Positions 1-12,637 of a stretch of 64,000 nt of DNA are shown here, one piece after another; positions within the stretch are counted from its first letter, which is position 1, and every line of letters begins with the position of its first letter. A program made the translations under genes and the position numbers. The notes beneath the pieces are model-generated. The model saw only the letters and a list, made by a program, of their open reading frames with translations. It was not told where the DNA came from and ran no database searches. Source of the DNA: Octopus sinensis (Eukaryota). Location of the stretch: contig NC_042998.1 of assembly GCF_006345805.1 (NCBI RefSeq), positions 130,076,001 through 130,140,000 on the forward strand. Direction: 5' to 3'.

Positions 1-650
1 ATCATTTCACCACCTAGCAACCATATGCCTTCTGTCCTGGCAAGCGTTCCTCGTCTTATCACAATCATAGTACATTTTGAAAGTCCAAACTCCATCTTAA
101 TATCAATTGGGAAAATCCGCACAGACTCGACTAGGCTGTCCAGTTTAGTCTCACTTTTTGTGAATAGCTTCAGGTCGTCCACGAATAGCAAGTGGTTTAG
201 TTTTCCCTTACCTCTTCCCAGTTCACGCCCTAACTTTGTTTTCTGTAGTATTTCACTCAAGAGGATCATTCTCAGCACGAATATCAATGGGGACACACTG
301 CTCCCTGGAAGATTCCTCTGTTAATTTTCACTTCTAGTACCTGCTTCACTGCTGTCAATTCCATTCTCCAGTATTTCATGTTATTCCTTATAAAGCTTCT
401 CATATTCTCTGTTACTCCATACATTTCCATTATTTTTAATCATCCAGGGGTGTGCTATCATATCGTATGATTTGCGATAGTCAACCCATGCCATGCTCAA
501 GCTTGTATGTCTTCTCTTGCAGTTCCTGATAATTAGATTATCAATTAAGAGCTGATCCTTCGTTCCCCGGCTCCTTTTTCGGCACTCTTTCTTCAGTGAC
601 CTCAACAGCAGAAATGACTGTCTAGTTACTCCATTTCATATGACATTGTG
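1..650 (-). mobile_element. Dong/R4-clade non-LTR retrotransposon, decayed RT fragment
   Basis: Minus-strand translation gives [10 protein letters not shown]...[16 protein letters not shown], then GIFQGDSVSPLIF and NHLLFVDDLKLF (RT motifs typical of R4/Dong); disrupted by frameshift. Confidence 0.85.
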
Positions 651-669
651 AAAGAAAGAATACTTTTAA

Positions 670-1514
670 ATAATCTTAGACTAAGGAGATGTGGCTCATG
701 AAGAAATTCGTCTGAAGGCTCCAAAGCTCTTCGATGCCCGTACGAAAGTGTGCATATTTGTTGGTCCTCAGGTAAGTGTGAAGCCACGGAAACTTGAACC
801 AAAATGATCCAAGTTCAAAAGGGATGTATATAGTGCATTTTGCGTAATTGTTCATGGATGTATGATGACTTATAAGCTGCCTAACTGCAAGGAAAATGGG
901 GAGGTGCAACGCTATGAGAACAAAGTATTCTACTGTGTCTTTAAGATCGCATCTCCTGTATTCACATCCTGATCGTTTGTACGAAAACTTAGGTGACGTG
1001 AATGAGAGCATGGTGAATTGTTTTGCTCAAACATCACCACAATGGAGTAAATAATACAGAATCCATCAATAACGGAAGACTATATATGGTTTCTGGTTAG
1101 AAATGATTAGAAAAGAAAGCAATTGCAAAAAAAGTTCGATTTTAAGGAAACATTTAACTTCGAAAAATATTCCTTATTTTCTGCAATTGTCAATTATATG
1201 TTAGAAACATAATTTTTGAGCGAAGTATATAGTTCCGAATTTATTACTTATGCTCGTTGAAAATTTTTATTGAAAACGTTTGAGTAAATTAAACACGAAA
1301 TTGATTTATTATGCACTAACCTATGAGTCAAAATGACGCCAACACCTAGCCCAAGGCGAAATTTGTATTTTCTAATCGTTTAATACAAAAATAAAATTAA
1401 TTTCCGAAAACATTGACGACATGCGAAAACTAAAATGATTTTTAGATCAGCGCCCCAAAAAATGCGTATTAATACCAAAAAATTTTAGATAGCCAAAACA
1501 TGTGTTACATAGTG
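670..1514 (+). mobile_element. DNA transposon fossil, probably CMC/Chapaev-3 type (transposase C-terminus and right end)
   Basis: Decayed peptides FDARTKVCIFVGPQV and HLLYSHPDRLYENLGDVNE resemble the KEGIFxGPQIR and HFLHSHLDFFPENLGAVSDEHGERF motifs; ends in CATAGTG (CAC-type terminus) at 1514. Superfamily assignment is from memory. Confidence 0.6.
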
Positions 1515-3109
1515 TTATTTACAATTTATTTTCATCTCTGCATCATTGAAAACTTGATCTTTAAAATTCTCTCAGACGATATTCATTGAAATGATGGCTG
1601 GTAATTCTCTTCAACACTTTCTTTTAATTGTAGTTAATCTTCTTTTGAATGAAAATAAAATAAATAATCTCGAACGTGAGGTGTTATTCGCTTCCACCTA
1701 TTAATTAAAGGAAAGTGTAAGTGAACCTGTGAGAAAAAAACACATATTTCTACTTGGAAAAAAATGCCTATTTGAGCTATTTACAAAGGTAAAACTGAAG
1801 TTTTATAATTACAAATCCCTCAATTATGCCTTTATATTCTCATATCATTGCAAGTTTTATCGCTGACTTTATTGCTGTTGTTGTTGATGCTGAAGTTTTT
1901 ACTTTTAAGGTTGATGTAATTTTGATGCTGTTGTTGCTTTTGGCTGTCTAAGTTCTAATACACCTTGGATCGCACAGGTATATCATTCCAGTCATGAGTA
2001 TTCGGTTTTCTGTTGAATATAGTAGAATATCAATTTGGAGGAGACTTGGCTACTATGACTAGCAGGCCAAGCGGCCTGCTAGTCCTTCATTGCCTCACAA
2101 TTTCCCTTGTGCTGAAATATAATTTTTATGAATATCATACCCCTTTTTCTTGGATATGCTTAGATCTATGAAGCCATAGCACTTAGTATATTATACCCAT
2201 ATGATATATCAACAATTTGAGGAGTTTAGTATTTGGATTATACGTGTCAATGTAATTTCCAGAATTATGATTAAAAATACGAATAAAAGTATACAGTTAC
2301 TGCATTACGTTGTGTGAAAATGGAATGTATATCACATTTGGATGACAAAAGAAATTTGTCAACATAAATATTCGAGCTGGAAAAAATAAGTTTGCGTGTG
2401 TTATCAAGAAGCGTAGTTGCAAATATCGAATTGAAAATGGCCGAATAATGTGTGACGCTTCAAGTAGAGATAAAAATGATAGGCGTTCGGTGAGTCATGA
2501 AAAATAAAGTGGGGTGAGACATCAGCTTGTATGAAAAGTTAAGAATGAGAAACAGCGTAAAAGAATGTGCATCAATGAAAAGGTGTGTATGAAACTTGCG
2601 AGGAGAAAAAAATGGACGTAAAAAAGCAATAATGAGTAGACGGAAAATAGCGTGTTTGTAAGAGTTGGGATGGAGAGAAGTGGTTCGTTTTGCATAATGG
2701 CAAAGCAAGCTCGTTTGGAATCTGCAAGTATTTACAGTTGTGCAGAAGAAACAGTTATGCTAGGGTTAGAAATAAAGTAGATAAATGAATGCATAGGGAT
2801 GACTCAGTATCAGTTATAGATTCCAGCGAGGGGAGCCGACCCCACCTGGAAGGGCAATCTGCCGTGGAAGATATGTTGGGTCACGTTGTGCAATGCACTA
2901 CATACATACATACATACATACATACATACATACATACATACATACATACATTAGTATATGGAAAGGTATACTCTCGAGCACTATGTAGACATTACGGCCG
3001 GTTTCCCTACTTCCGTGGCATATATATATTTTTATCCAGAAGACCCATGGTGGCAGGTAACGCTACGTAAGTGTTATGGAGGGACCGTAGTTAAACTCTC
3101 GGTTCGATA

Positions 3110-3290
3110 ATAATACAAGTCAGGAGTCTAATGCGGGTCTTGTTTGAGTATGTATATTTTAAATAAAATGAGACGACAAAGCCAAGACTGTGTGGCTGTG
3201 TGGAATTATTTTCAGGACATTTATAAAGAGAAGGTTAGACACAGCTGTTTCTGGAATATTAGGGATATCACTTCATCAGAGATTATTAAA
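3110..3290 (-). mobile_element. Penelope-like element terminal remnant (putative)
   Basis: Minus strand CTGATGAAG...GAAACAGCTGT, the style of motif seen at PLE ends; no ORF seen. Confidence 0.4.
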
Positions 3291-3679
3291 TAGAGAGAAA
3301 TATTAGAGTTCAATATGAGGAGTTATTTTGAAAAAGGAAGCAAATAATTTCCCTATATACTCCTTATTTGATTCGAGATATGTTTTCATTCAAAATCTGA
3401 CCGAAGCTTTCACTTCTAAAGATGTTTAACTGACACATACGCACACACACACATACATACATACATAAACATACAGACGCCCACGCATATTCATACACAC
3501 ACATACACATTTATATTTATATATATTCTTATACACTCATGCAAGCAAGCCCATCACTTATGTACGTGCATGACAGTTTTTTTGTCTCACCCAATAACAT
3601 ATTATAACGATGAAAAAATTAAATGTATTAAGAACTTGAGAATGTCAGCAATAACTGACATAATAACGATATACAAATG

Positions 3680-5230
3680 AATGAAATACCAACTTGGAGA
3701 GGCGTGCACAAGATGACAGAAGAAATTTCACCGGCTCTTCATGCAATGGTACCAAAAAGAAGACGGGAATACATTAACTATCATTTGCCAGTTGTAACAA
3801 TATAGTTTTGTCAACTACCTTTGGTAAGCACAATGTTTTCCGTGTATGTTTCTGGGATGTTATCAAAAGCGGAATAAATAAGCATAAAATGAGAATATTC
3901 ACTGAAGTAGAGGTGGTTCGTAACTTTAATCTTGTGATGATGAAGTACAGTGTGCATGTGAGGAAAATCAACAAGACAAAAACAGCAGGATATGATTCGA
4001 CTTCATAAGACTTGAAGAATTTGTTATCTTTGAAGACACTGAAGTAAAGTTTTTAACGCAAGAAAATTTCAAAGAAGACCTGATTATCACATATAAATTC
4101 GATGTCGCAAATCCAAACTAAGGTTCACAAGCAAGATATTGGATATATATTGTAAAAGGAGTAAATAGAAGGCTGATAAGTATGTAACAAAGGAACCCGA
4201 ATATTCGAAATTGACGTTAAGAAACTTAAAACGGAAATGATAGAATCAAAGCCAAGTCGGGTAGCAAAAACAATAAAGATATTAAACAGAGACATCAAAC
4301 AACAAGAACACAAGAAGTGCATTGATCTTCTTAGAGAAAGTATACCATAAGTAAATACCATGAAAGCAAACTGGAAAACAAGAAACTTTCTGAAAAGTTA
4401 AAAGTAAAGGTAACTGGACAGACTACAGTTCAAATTCATACAAAAAATTAATTAGAGAGAATCTAGACGTACACGACGCACGAAAGACTTACACTGAGCT
4501 TCACAAACCGATTATGCGAGAAAAGGTTAAGACCACTTTCGGATCACTTCCACGCGGAATGTCATTATCATTGACAAAATCCCTGCTGATCTAATGACGT
4601 TTGGGTGAGAGTCTCCTTTTGACATGCTTATGACAATTTGCAACATTATGTGGCTGAGTGGTGACTTAGTCGCTGAAGCTAATATGTTCCAAAGCAATCT
4701 CCGACAATACCAGAGTTATTGTGCAATCAGAAAAATTAGCTATCGAAGAGTTGGCATCAATAGGCTGAAATATCAGGTAGAAAAGAACATAGCAAAGAAA
4801 AAGTTGGTTTTCTTAAAGGTAAAGCACTAAGAGATCTTGAAACAATACTCTCTACAAGAAATATCTTCAACATCAACATAAAATATTACCATGTCTTCTT
4901 AAGTATCGCGAAAGTGTTTCATGCAGTATTGCGTATGGGGGTCAGGGAAGAAACTGAACATGGAACGAAAATTCATTCATATGATCCAGCAATCTTATGT
5001 GAAGCAATCCAATGTACCATGAAACAGGAGTTTTACACAACCATAGCAGTTCAGAAAGGATACATCTTCTTCCTTGATCTCTTCAATGTATTTCTGGAAG
5101 GGATCGTAAGCGTTGCTCTTGAAAACTACGTGGACACAGTCACATCAGTTGGAAGAGTGACTGGTATGAAAGTGCACATTCCTTGTGAAATTTGGGAAAA
5201 TATGCTGCATTATATGATCTTTTGCGTGCA
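3680..5230 (+). mobile_element. RTE-clade LINE fossil (endonuclease C-terminus, linker, RT)
   Basis: Peptides CNNIVLSTTFGKH, NLVMMKYSVHVRKI and FYTTIAVQKGYIFFLDLFNVFLEGIVSVALENYVDTV resemble RTE FRTTVGVRQGCLLSPTLFNIFLERIM..ALE; many stops and frameshifts, middle part not resolved. Confidence 0.65.
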
Positions 5231-5479
5231 AGAGATACGTAGCAGTTCTACCAGATTTTTTTTAACGAAGAAAAGAACTTCTTTATAATTTTTGTGATGT
5301 GATAAACATTCTTGAAGTCGTTTACTATTCAAGATTAATTCTTATTCAAAACCTGACTAAAGATTCGAATACTGCAGTGTATCCCCTGAAACTTTTCTCA
5401 GCGTTTAACTGCGTTTTAACTGAAACATACACATATACGTACAAAAATGGTATACTATATACATAGATACATGATAGCT

Positions 5480-5846
5480 GCCCACACGTTACCGAGTATG
5501 GCCATTTCACGAAGCTTAACTGTTACTGGTGCTGTGATTGAATGTGACTTTTTAGCCCAGCTAAAGATCTACAATGTCTTGTACAGAATTGGCAACTAAA
5601 ACCTTTATCGGTAATAGCCGGCTGTAGTCGTAACTGGGCTTCATGTACCTTTGCATTTCGTTTAAGTCCTCCTGCCGAATAACACTCTCTTCCACATGCC
5701 CGATAGATATGATTAGTATGGTGTCTAACACCACCACCAGTGGCCAGTTTGTCACTCATCTGTCTCGCTTTATGACTACGAAGATGACTCTTTAGTCCAG
5801 CTTTACTGAGGTAGGGTCTTGCACAGACACTGCATGTCAGCATCAT
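5480..5846 (-). mobile_element. Three C2H2-like zinc fingers, interpreted as RTE-type ORF C-terminus
   Basis: CSVCARPYLSKAGLKSHLRSH, (C)RACGRECYSAGGLKRNAKVH, CQFCTRHCRSLAGLKSHIQSQH; no TGEKP linkers; SxxGLxSH pattern resembles RTE C-terminal fingers; abuts an RTE endonuclease fragment. Confidence 0.55.
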
Positions 5847-5849
5847 AGG

Positions 5850-6109
5850 AAGACCCTTCCATGAGAATTCCTTTGGTTAAAGGAGATTATATGACCTTGG
5901 TGAGTGTGTATACTCCAACTATGTGCTATACTGATGACGAAAAACTTTCTTTCTACCATGCTTTGAAGGACGTTATAAGAAATATCCCTCGAGCAGACAA
6001 AGTCATCGTACTGGGTGACTTTAATGCTAGAGTGGGTAGGGATTTTAACACATGGACTATAATTGGAAAGCATGGGGTGGGGAAGTGTAATAGTAATGGC
6101 ATCCAGTAA
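5850..6109 (+). mobile_element. RTE/BovB-like AP endonuclease fragment
   Basis: MTLVSVYTPT...IVLGDFNARVGRD...IGKHGVGKCNSNG, canonical RTE APE motifs. Confidence 0.9.
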
Positions 6110-6691
6110 TGATGTTTGGACTGATCACTTGTGATGACTCCATTAATTATGCCTCCATTAATCTTCTCACTCGACCTGAGACTCAACACAGAAGCCTACA
6201 TCAAGTACCTGGAGGAAGTAGTACTGCCTTGGGTCAAGAAGATGGCTGATGGAAGACCCTATAACAAGACTCTGAACCATGCTACACAGGAAGGAAAACC
6301 CAGTCATGGCTGTCAGACAATTTCTGCGACCACATCACCCCCAACATCTGACCATCAAGCTCCTCAGACTGCAACTTCCTTGATTATTATTTGTGGGGCG
6401 CAGTTGAGCGAGAGACCAACAAAAATCTTTATAGCAGCAAAGATGAACTGAAGACAAGGATTATGGCAGTATTAACCAACTTAAACAAGGCGTCCTTCCA
6501 GAAGAGTTGTGGGAAATCCGGAAGTCGTCTGGAGGCCGTGGTTGAAGCCAATGGCGAGTTTATTGAATATATTTACTCTTTCGTAGTTCAAGATATTTTT
6601 ATGTATTTTGGGAAATATATCTATTAAAATGAGATGTCAGTGTTACTTCCATTTTTGCGTAATTTAGTCAATATATTCACCGCAGCCTGTA
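6110..6691 (+). mobile_element. Tc1/mariner DD37D (maT-type) transposon, 3' half
   Basis: QDSEPCYTGRKTQSWLSDNFCDHITPNI*PSSSSDCNFLDYYLWGAVERETN: 37 residues between the 2nd and 3rd catalytic Asp; ends RLEAVVEANGEFIE; terminates CTG followed by TA at 6690-6691. Confidence 0.85.
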
Positions 6692-7686
6692 TATATACAT
6701 ATTGAGAGATATACAAATATATGACTGTCAGTGGTCAATTGAGGAAAACAACCATTGATTCAAGCAATGCAGCAGTGATGGTAGAAATGTGTTGATTGTA
6801 AGTGGGACTATGTAGAAAAACAAACCTCATTTGGTCATATAACCTGAAATTTCACCGGACTCCCGTAGGTATAAACCCACAACACGATGAGTGGACAATA
6901 AAAAGAGCAATATTTGGTCGTGCTTGTTTTGGATACTACTGGTAGAACCGTAATCAGAAAGTGTCAGAGGACTCATCCTCACGCCTTGCACCGCTCAAGG
7001 GTAGTGGGTGGATGAGACAGATGTGTATATGTATATACGTATATACATAAATATATACATAAATGTGAGTGTCTATATATATATATATAGATAGATATAG
7101 ATATATATCTATATATATATAGATATAGATATATATCTATATATATCTGTAAATGTAATATGTGTACAATTATTCGGTAGCCAAGATAAAACTTTTCTTC
7201 TGATGGCCGGATAACTGAACATTTCCACACCGACATCCGAAACTCGGAGTTTTATCATGGCTACCGAGTTATTGTCACATATTATATTTACAGATATATA
7301 TATATAAAACTATGTACATATTGGTATGTATATGTATACCGAGGAAAAAAGAGAGAAAATGTGAGAGAGACAGCGAGAGCAGGGAGAAAGATTAGAGATA
7401 TATGAAAGAGATGCTCATACACACACACACATCATATACATGGGAATTGATGCATGTTTGCATTCACAGAATTCCACTTACTGCACCGATTTACTTCATG
7501 AAATGCGTGAAAGTTATGTATTCACAGGTTTTCTTTTCCCTTTGAAATATTGTATTCTCATGGCTCAGAAAATATATCTTTTATATAAACGCGTGCATCT
7601 ACTGATGATTATTAACACTGAGACAGTTATATCATTCGTCCATACATACAAACGTAAGTACATACATACATACCTGTATGCGAGCG

Positions 7687-8175
<489 letters not shown>

Positions 8176-9393
8176 TCTGTGTGTGCATGTCTTTGTGTAT
8201 AGGCGCATACAAAGGAATAGATGTAAGGAATTTAGATTTTCACGCGTATCGGTTTAGATATGCCAATATCAGTCGTACATGCATTTAGAAGCAGAAGCAT
8301 TTTGCAAACGTAGACAGAAACAAAAGTATAGAATAGGAATTTAGCATGTAGACATCATCTAACTTGAATATAGTTATAAATAATTATAAATTGAAAACAA
8401 TTAAATATGGAATTTGCTGAAAAGAATACGCCATAACAAATAAAAACATTTCGTTTTTTATACGTCAGTACAGTGCAAAGAATACAAGAGCTGACAAAGA
8501 TATAGAACATAGAATTCTAAAGACAACCATATAGATCTGAAAGGATCAGAACAAAATTTCCCAGGGTATACGAAAGCCATTAGTTATTCTTGAAATGCTA
8601 ATTTTCTCTCGTGCTTTCTTGCGCGCACTCAGTATCTCTGCTGATGCATCTGTGTATATAATGAATCAGGCGCGCATATACACTCACACACACACACTGA
8701 CACATATATACTACAAATATATGTGTGTGTAGTAATACATATACATATAATAAATTAATAAATAAAACATATGCATATATACATACATATATATACGTAC
8801 CTACCTCTATATGTATATATACATGCATATATGTGTACAGGACACCAAAAAAAAAAAAAACGTCGAACACAATGAGAAACGACAACATAAACACAAAACC
8901 AAAGAACTGGACATTTTTCTTACATATGTATATACACATATGTGTTTATATGTAGGATCATAGGCAACTACATACATACACACACACACACATACGCACA
9001 ATCGTGCGTTTGTGTGTATACCTGTGTGTACAGGTGTGACATATGGATGGGAGTTGCAAAAATTGTCTTTACATATACGAGGGTCTTGTATATATGTCTG
9101 CTTACAACATGTAGTTATATAAGAGTTTGATATTCTATATTACAACTGTATATTTGTTTTGTTACATACTATAAAAAATACTTGCAAACATATGTAATTA
9201 TTTGGATAAACTTTAATTTTTTGGGAATTTTCAAGATTTATGGACCACAATATGTCATACACACACCTCCACGCACTCACGCACTGACAGTCAGACAGAC
9301 AAACACACACACAGGCATATGTACATCTATACTTTACAAAGTGTAGATATATGTTTACGGTAAATTATTTGCATTTTCATAGACATGTAGTAT

Positions 9394-9492
9394 GGATGTA
9401 TGTATGTATGTATGTATGTATGTATGTATGTATGTATGTATGTATGTATGCATGTATGTATGTATGTATGTATGTATGTATGTATGTATGTA
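9394..9492. repeat. (TATG)n microsatellite
   Basis: Direct reading. Confidence 0.95.
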
Positions 9493-9504
9493 GGCATGGA
9501 TGTA

Positions 9505-9704
9505 TGCATGACCACGTATGTATCGTTGGCGATTTTCTTTCTCTGTTTTCCTTTCCTTGGACGTTTCCATTTTCTGTTTCTGACGAAGAGCTCCGCTGGA
9601 AACGTTAAATCCTCCTCCTTTCTTTCCTTTCCTGAGCGTCCAATAACACTATACTTGTTCCACGTCCTCGCGTTGTTGTGTTTTCTCCTTCTTCATGTTT
9701 GGAG

Positions 9705-9710
<6 letters not shown>
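9505..9710 (+). mobile_element. PLE-type terminal remnant carrying a hammerhead-like core (putative)
   Basis: CTGACGA-A-GAGC-TCC-GCTG-GAAA-CGTT at 9580-9606 inside non-coding DNA; boundaries approximate. Confidence 0.4.
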
Positions 9711-9738
<28 letters not shown>

Positions 9739-9739
<1 letters not shown>

Positions 9740-10114
9740 TCTTTTACTCTTATACTTTTTTACATGTTTCAGTCATTTGACTGCGGGCATGCTGGAGCAC
9801 CGTCTTTAGTCGAGCAAATCGATCCCGGGACTTATTCTTTGTAAGCCCAGTACTTATTCTATCGGTCTCTTTGGTCGAACCGCTAAGTGACGGGGACGTA
9901 AACACAGCGATGCTAGGGGGACAAACACACACACACAAACACACACACACATACACACATATATATACATATATACGACAGGTTTCTTTTAGTTTCCGAC
10001 TATCAAATCCACTCACAAAGCATTGGTCGGCCCGGGGCTATAGCAGAAGACACCTGCCCAAGAACCATGTGGTTGGTTAGCAAGCTACTTACCACACAGC
10101 CACTCCTGCGCCTA
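9739..10114 (-). mobile_element. tRNA-headed SINE family A
   Basis: Head TAGGCGCAGGAGTGGCTGTGTGGTAAG (A box-like), internal CA tract, tail ATGACTGAAACA...AAAAGAG; shared with copies at 22110, 26544, 34136, 36768; deletion across the B box. Confidence 0.9.
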
Positions 10115-10123
10115 TAATAATTG

Positions 10124-10200
<77 letters not shown>

Positions 10201-11214
10201 CACATATATGTACACGCATACATATATATATGTACACACTTACATATATATACATATATACATGTGCATATATATATATATATAATATATATATATATAA
10301 TATATATATATATATTATATATATATATTATATATATATATAATATTATATATTATATATTATATATTATATATTATATATACATCTACCAAGTTTACGC
10401 ACAGGGCTTTCGCTTTTGACTAAACCCGGATCCGTGTGATGGGAAGTAAATTTCCCACCAAACGCCCACACTGCACCTTTTTCTTTAATTCTGTTAATTA
10501 TGCGTTTCAGCTCAAAGGCTGTGGCCACGCTGGAGCACTGCCATTGTAATCACCTTTTCAATAGTCATTCTTTTGTGATTGACTTTTGGTGAAGGAGGGA
10601 GTTCGATAATGCTGCCCGCTTATGAATTTTTTTGTAGGCCATCAAGAGAAGAGGTCAAATTGTTTCTTGAAAACACCTACGCCTACTCCATGCTGATCCC
10701 TCGGCTGTTTTTGGCAAGATATAAAATAACTGTGGTCCCTTGAATTCCAAGTTATTACTTGCATGATTCTTATTTTAGACGCGATAGCTGAGACTTTTCG
10801 AACTGTTTTGAATAATATAAATATACTTGTAGGATACGTATAAATTCCACGGAATGGAAAACATTAAGAAAGAAAGGATGATTTGCATTTTTAGAGCATT
10901 CATAGTTTAGCTATCTTTAACTATTCTTTAACAGTTCGTCTACATCCATTTCCTCACGTCTTCGTCCGTGTTGTGATTTTCCTCTTTTTATTATATCTTC
11001 TCGTTGTTCCTCTTTGATCCGTGCTCTCTATCTGTGCATCCTTTCTCGATCCAGAATTTACGCTAAATTAGGCTATAAAAACGATTTTTTAAGCGAGCAG
11101 ACGATGAATAATTGCACTTATACGTTTGCGATAGACGCTATAGAAAAAAAGTTCACAAAAAAAAAATACTTTTCAATATCAACACACTTCAACCATCACC
11201 ACAACTGCTATGTG

Positions 11215-11249
<35 letters not shown>

Positions 11250-11787
11250 ATATCTGCCTCCCCTGTCCATCTCTTTTTATCCACCTTTCCCTTCAGCTAA
11301 CTTTTTAACCACGTAAGGAGTATTCCTTCGTGCTGCACGAAGCTTTGTCAGTGAATAGGTCGCGGTCTCAAAGCGACGAAAATATTTTGACAAATTAAAT
11401 TTAAATGTTGAAGTGAATCTAATGTTTTTTGTGTGTTACTTAAATGGTTTATAAACACCTTCCACGCTGCAATTGTTTTCGTTCCAGCACACGATCTCAG
11501 ATCAAGTCACTCGCTATGCAAATACACCTTCGTAATATATATATATATATATATATGTAAATTTAAATAAGTATCACTAACATTATTAATAATAATGTTA
11601 ATAATAGAGTGGCTAGCAAGTTTACACGTTTAAAGGTAAAATATAAATAAAATACAGAAGGGTAATGAAATACCACTTGCTATATACGGCGCTATCATTC
11701 TAAACCAGAATTTACTCACGATAAAAATGCATAAGGTGGATGTGATGAACATAACAGAGACAGGCTTACCTTGCATGAAATACAATG

Positions 11788-11818
<31 letters not shown>

Positions 11819-12439
11819 CACACACACACACATATATATATATGCATGCGTGTGTGTAAATCATCTATCATTCAACTTCTACCGTAGTTGAATAATACTC
11901 TTAAAGCCGCTATTTACTAACACGCAGCATCTTTCAGAGCTTGTCGCTAATTCAATTATTAACCAAATTGAAAACTGTTAACATTTTTGAAGACGACTGG
12001 CCCCTAGCTACATTTTAGCATTAAAAAATTGAAATTTGATCCAGTAGAAAAAAGTTTACATAAAAATTTTTAGCAACGTTATAGCAGAGTAAGTCTAGAT
12101 CTAAATAACTTTTTGTTTTAAAAGCAAAATTAATTTATCTTCAATGATAGAAGAAAGCATGAAGAATTTCATAGCTTTGTTCCCATGCAACAAAAATTTA
12201 TATCGAAAAAGTTACGAGGTAAAATATCATGAAAAAATATAAGGTAAAAAGTTGAATTTATGTATAATTAACATTTTTATTTTAAAACAATCTATGTTTC
12301 AATTAGGCTTAAATGGTAGAGCTCAATTCGAGGAATTTCATAATATCAATCTCATGCAATGGAGTTTTAAAAGAAAAATGTTATGAGTATTTATATTATT
12401 TATATTTGATGGATATTTGCCCTCATCTTGTTTGTTCTT

Positions 12440-12485
12440 AACACAACGTTTCGGCTGATATACCCTCCAGCCTTCATCAGGTGTC
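12440..12485 (-). ncRNA. Minimal type I hammerhead ribozyme motif
   Basis: GACAC-CTGATGA-A-GGCTG-(10 nt)-CAGCC-GAAA-CGT-T-GTGTT: complete core, 5-bp stem II, 5-bp stem I, palindromic ACGT in place of helix III. Confidence 0.7.
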
Positions 12486-12563
12486 TTGGGGAAATTTCGA
12501 ACCTGAATTCTCATTCATCAGGCATTTTTCGATGTTCTTATTATTATCATCATTATTATTATT

Positions 12564-12637
12564 CAGGCTACTACTGGAATCGAACTCAGAATCTTGGGGT
12601 TAGTAGCCTGCGCTTTTAACCAATATACCATATGCCC
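12564..12637 (-). other. tRNA-like (Arg-like) cassette with A and B boxes inside the PLE 3' region
   Basis: GGGCATATGGTATATTGGTTAAAAGCGCAGGCTACTAACCCCAAGATTCTGAGTTCGATTCCAGTAGTAGCCTG; 74 nt, B box GAGTTCGATTCC; stems imperfect so not a functional tRNA. Confidence 0.65.

Noticed and set aside
5523-5846. Host C2H2 zinc-finger gene
   Set aside because: No TGEKP-type linkers, one finger is broken, and it abuts an RTE fragment; retroelement origin is more likely
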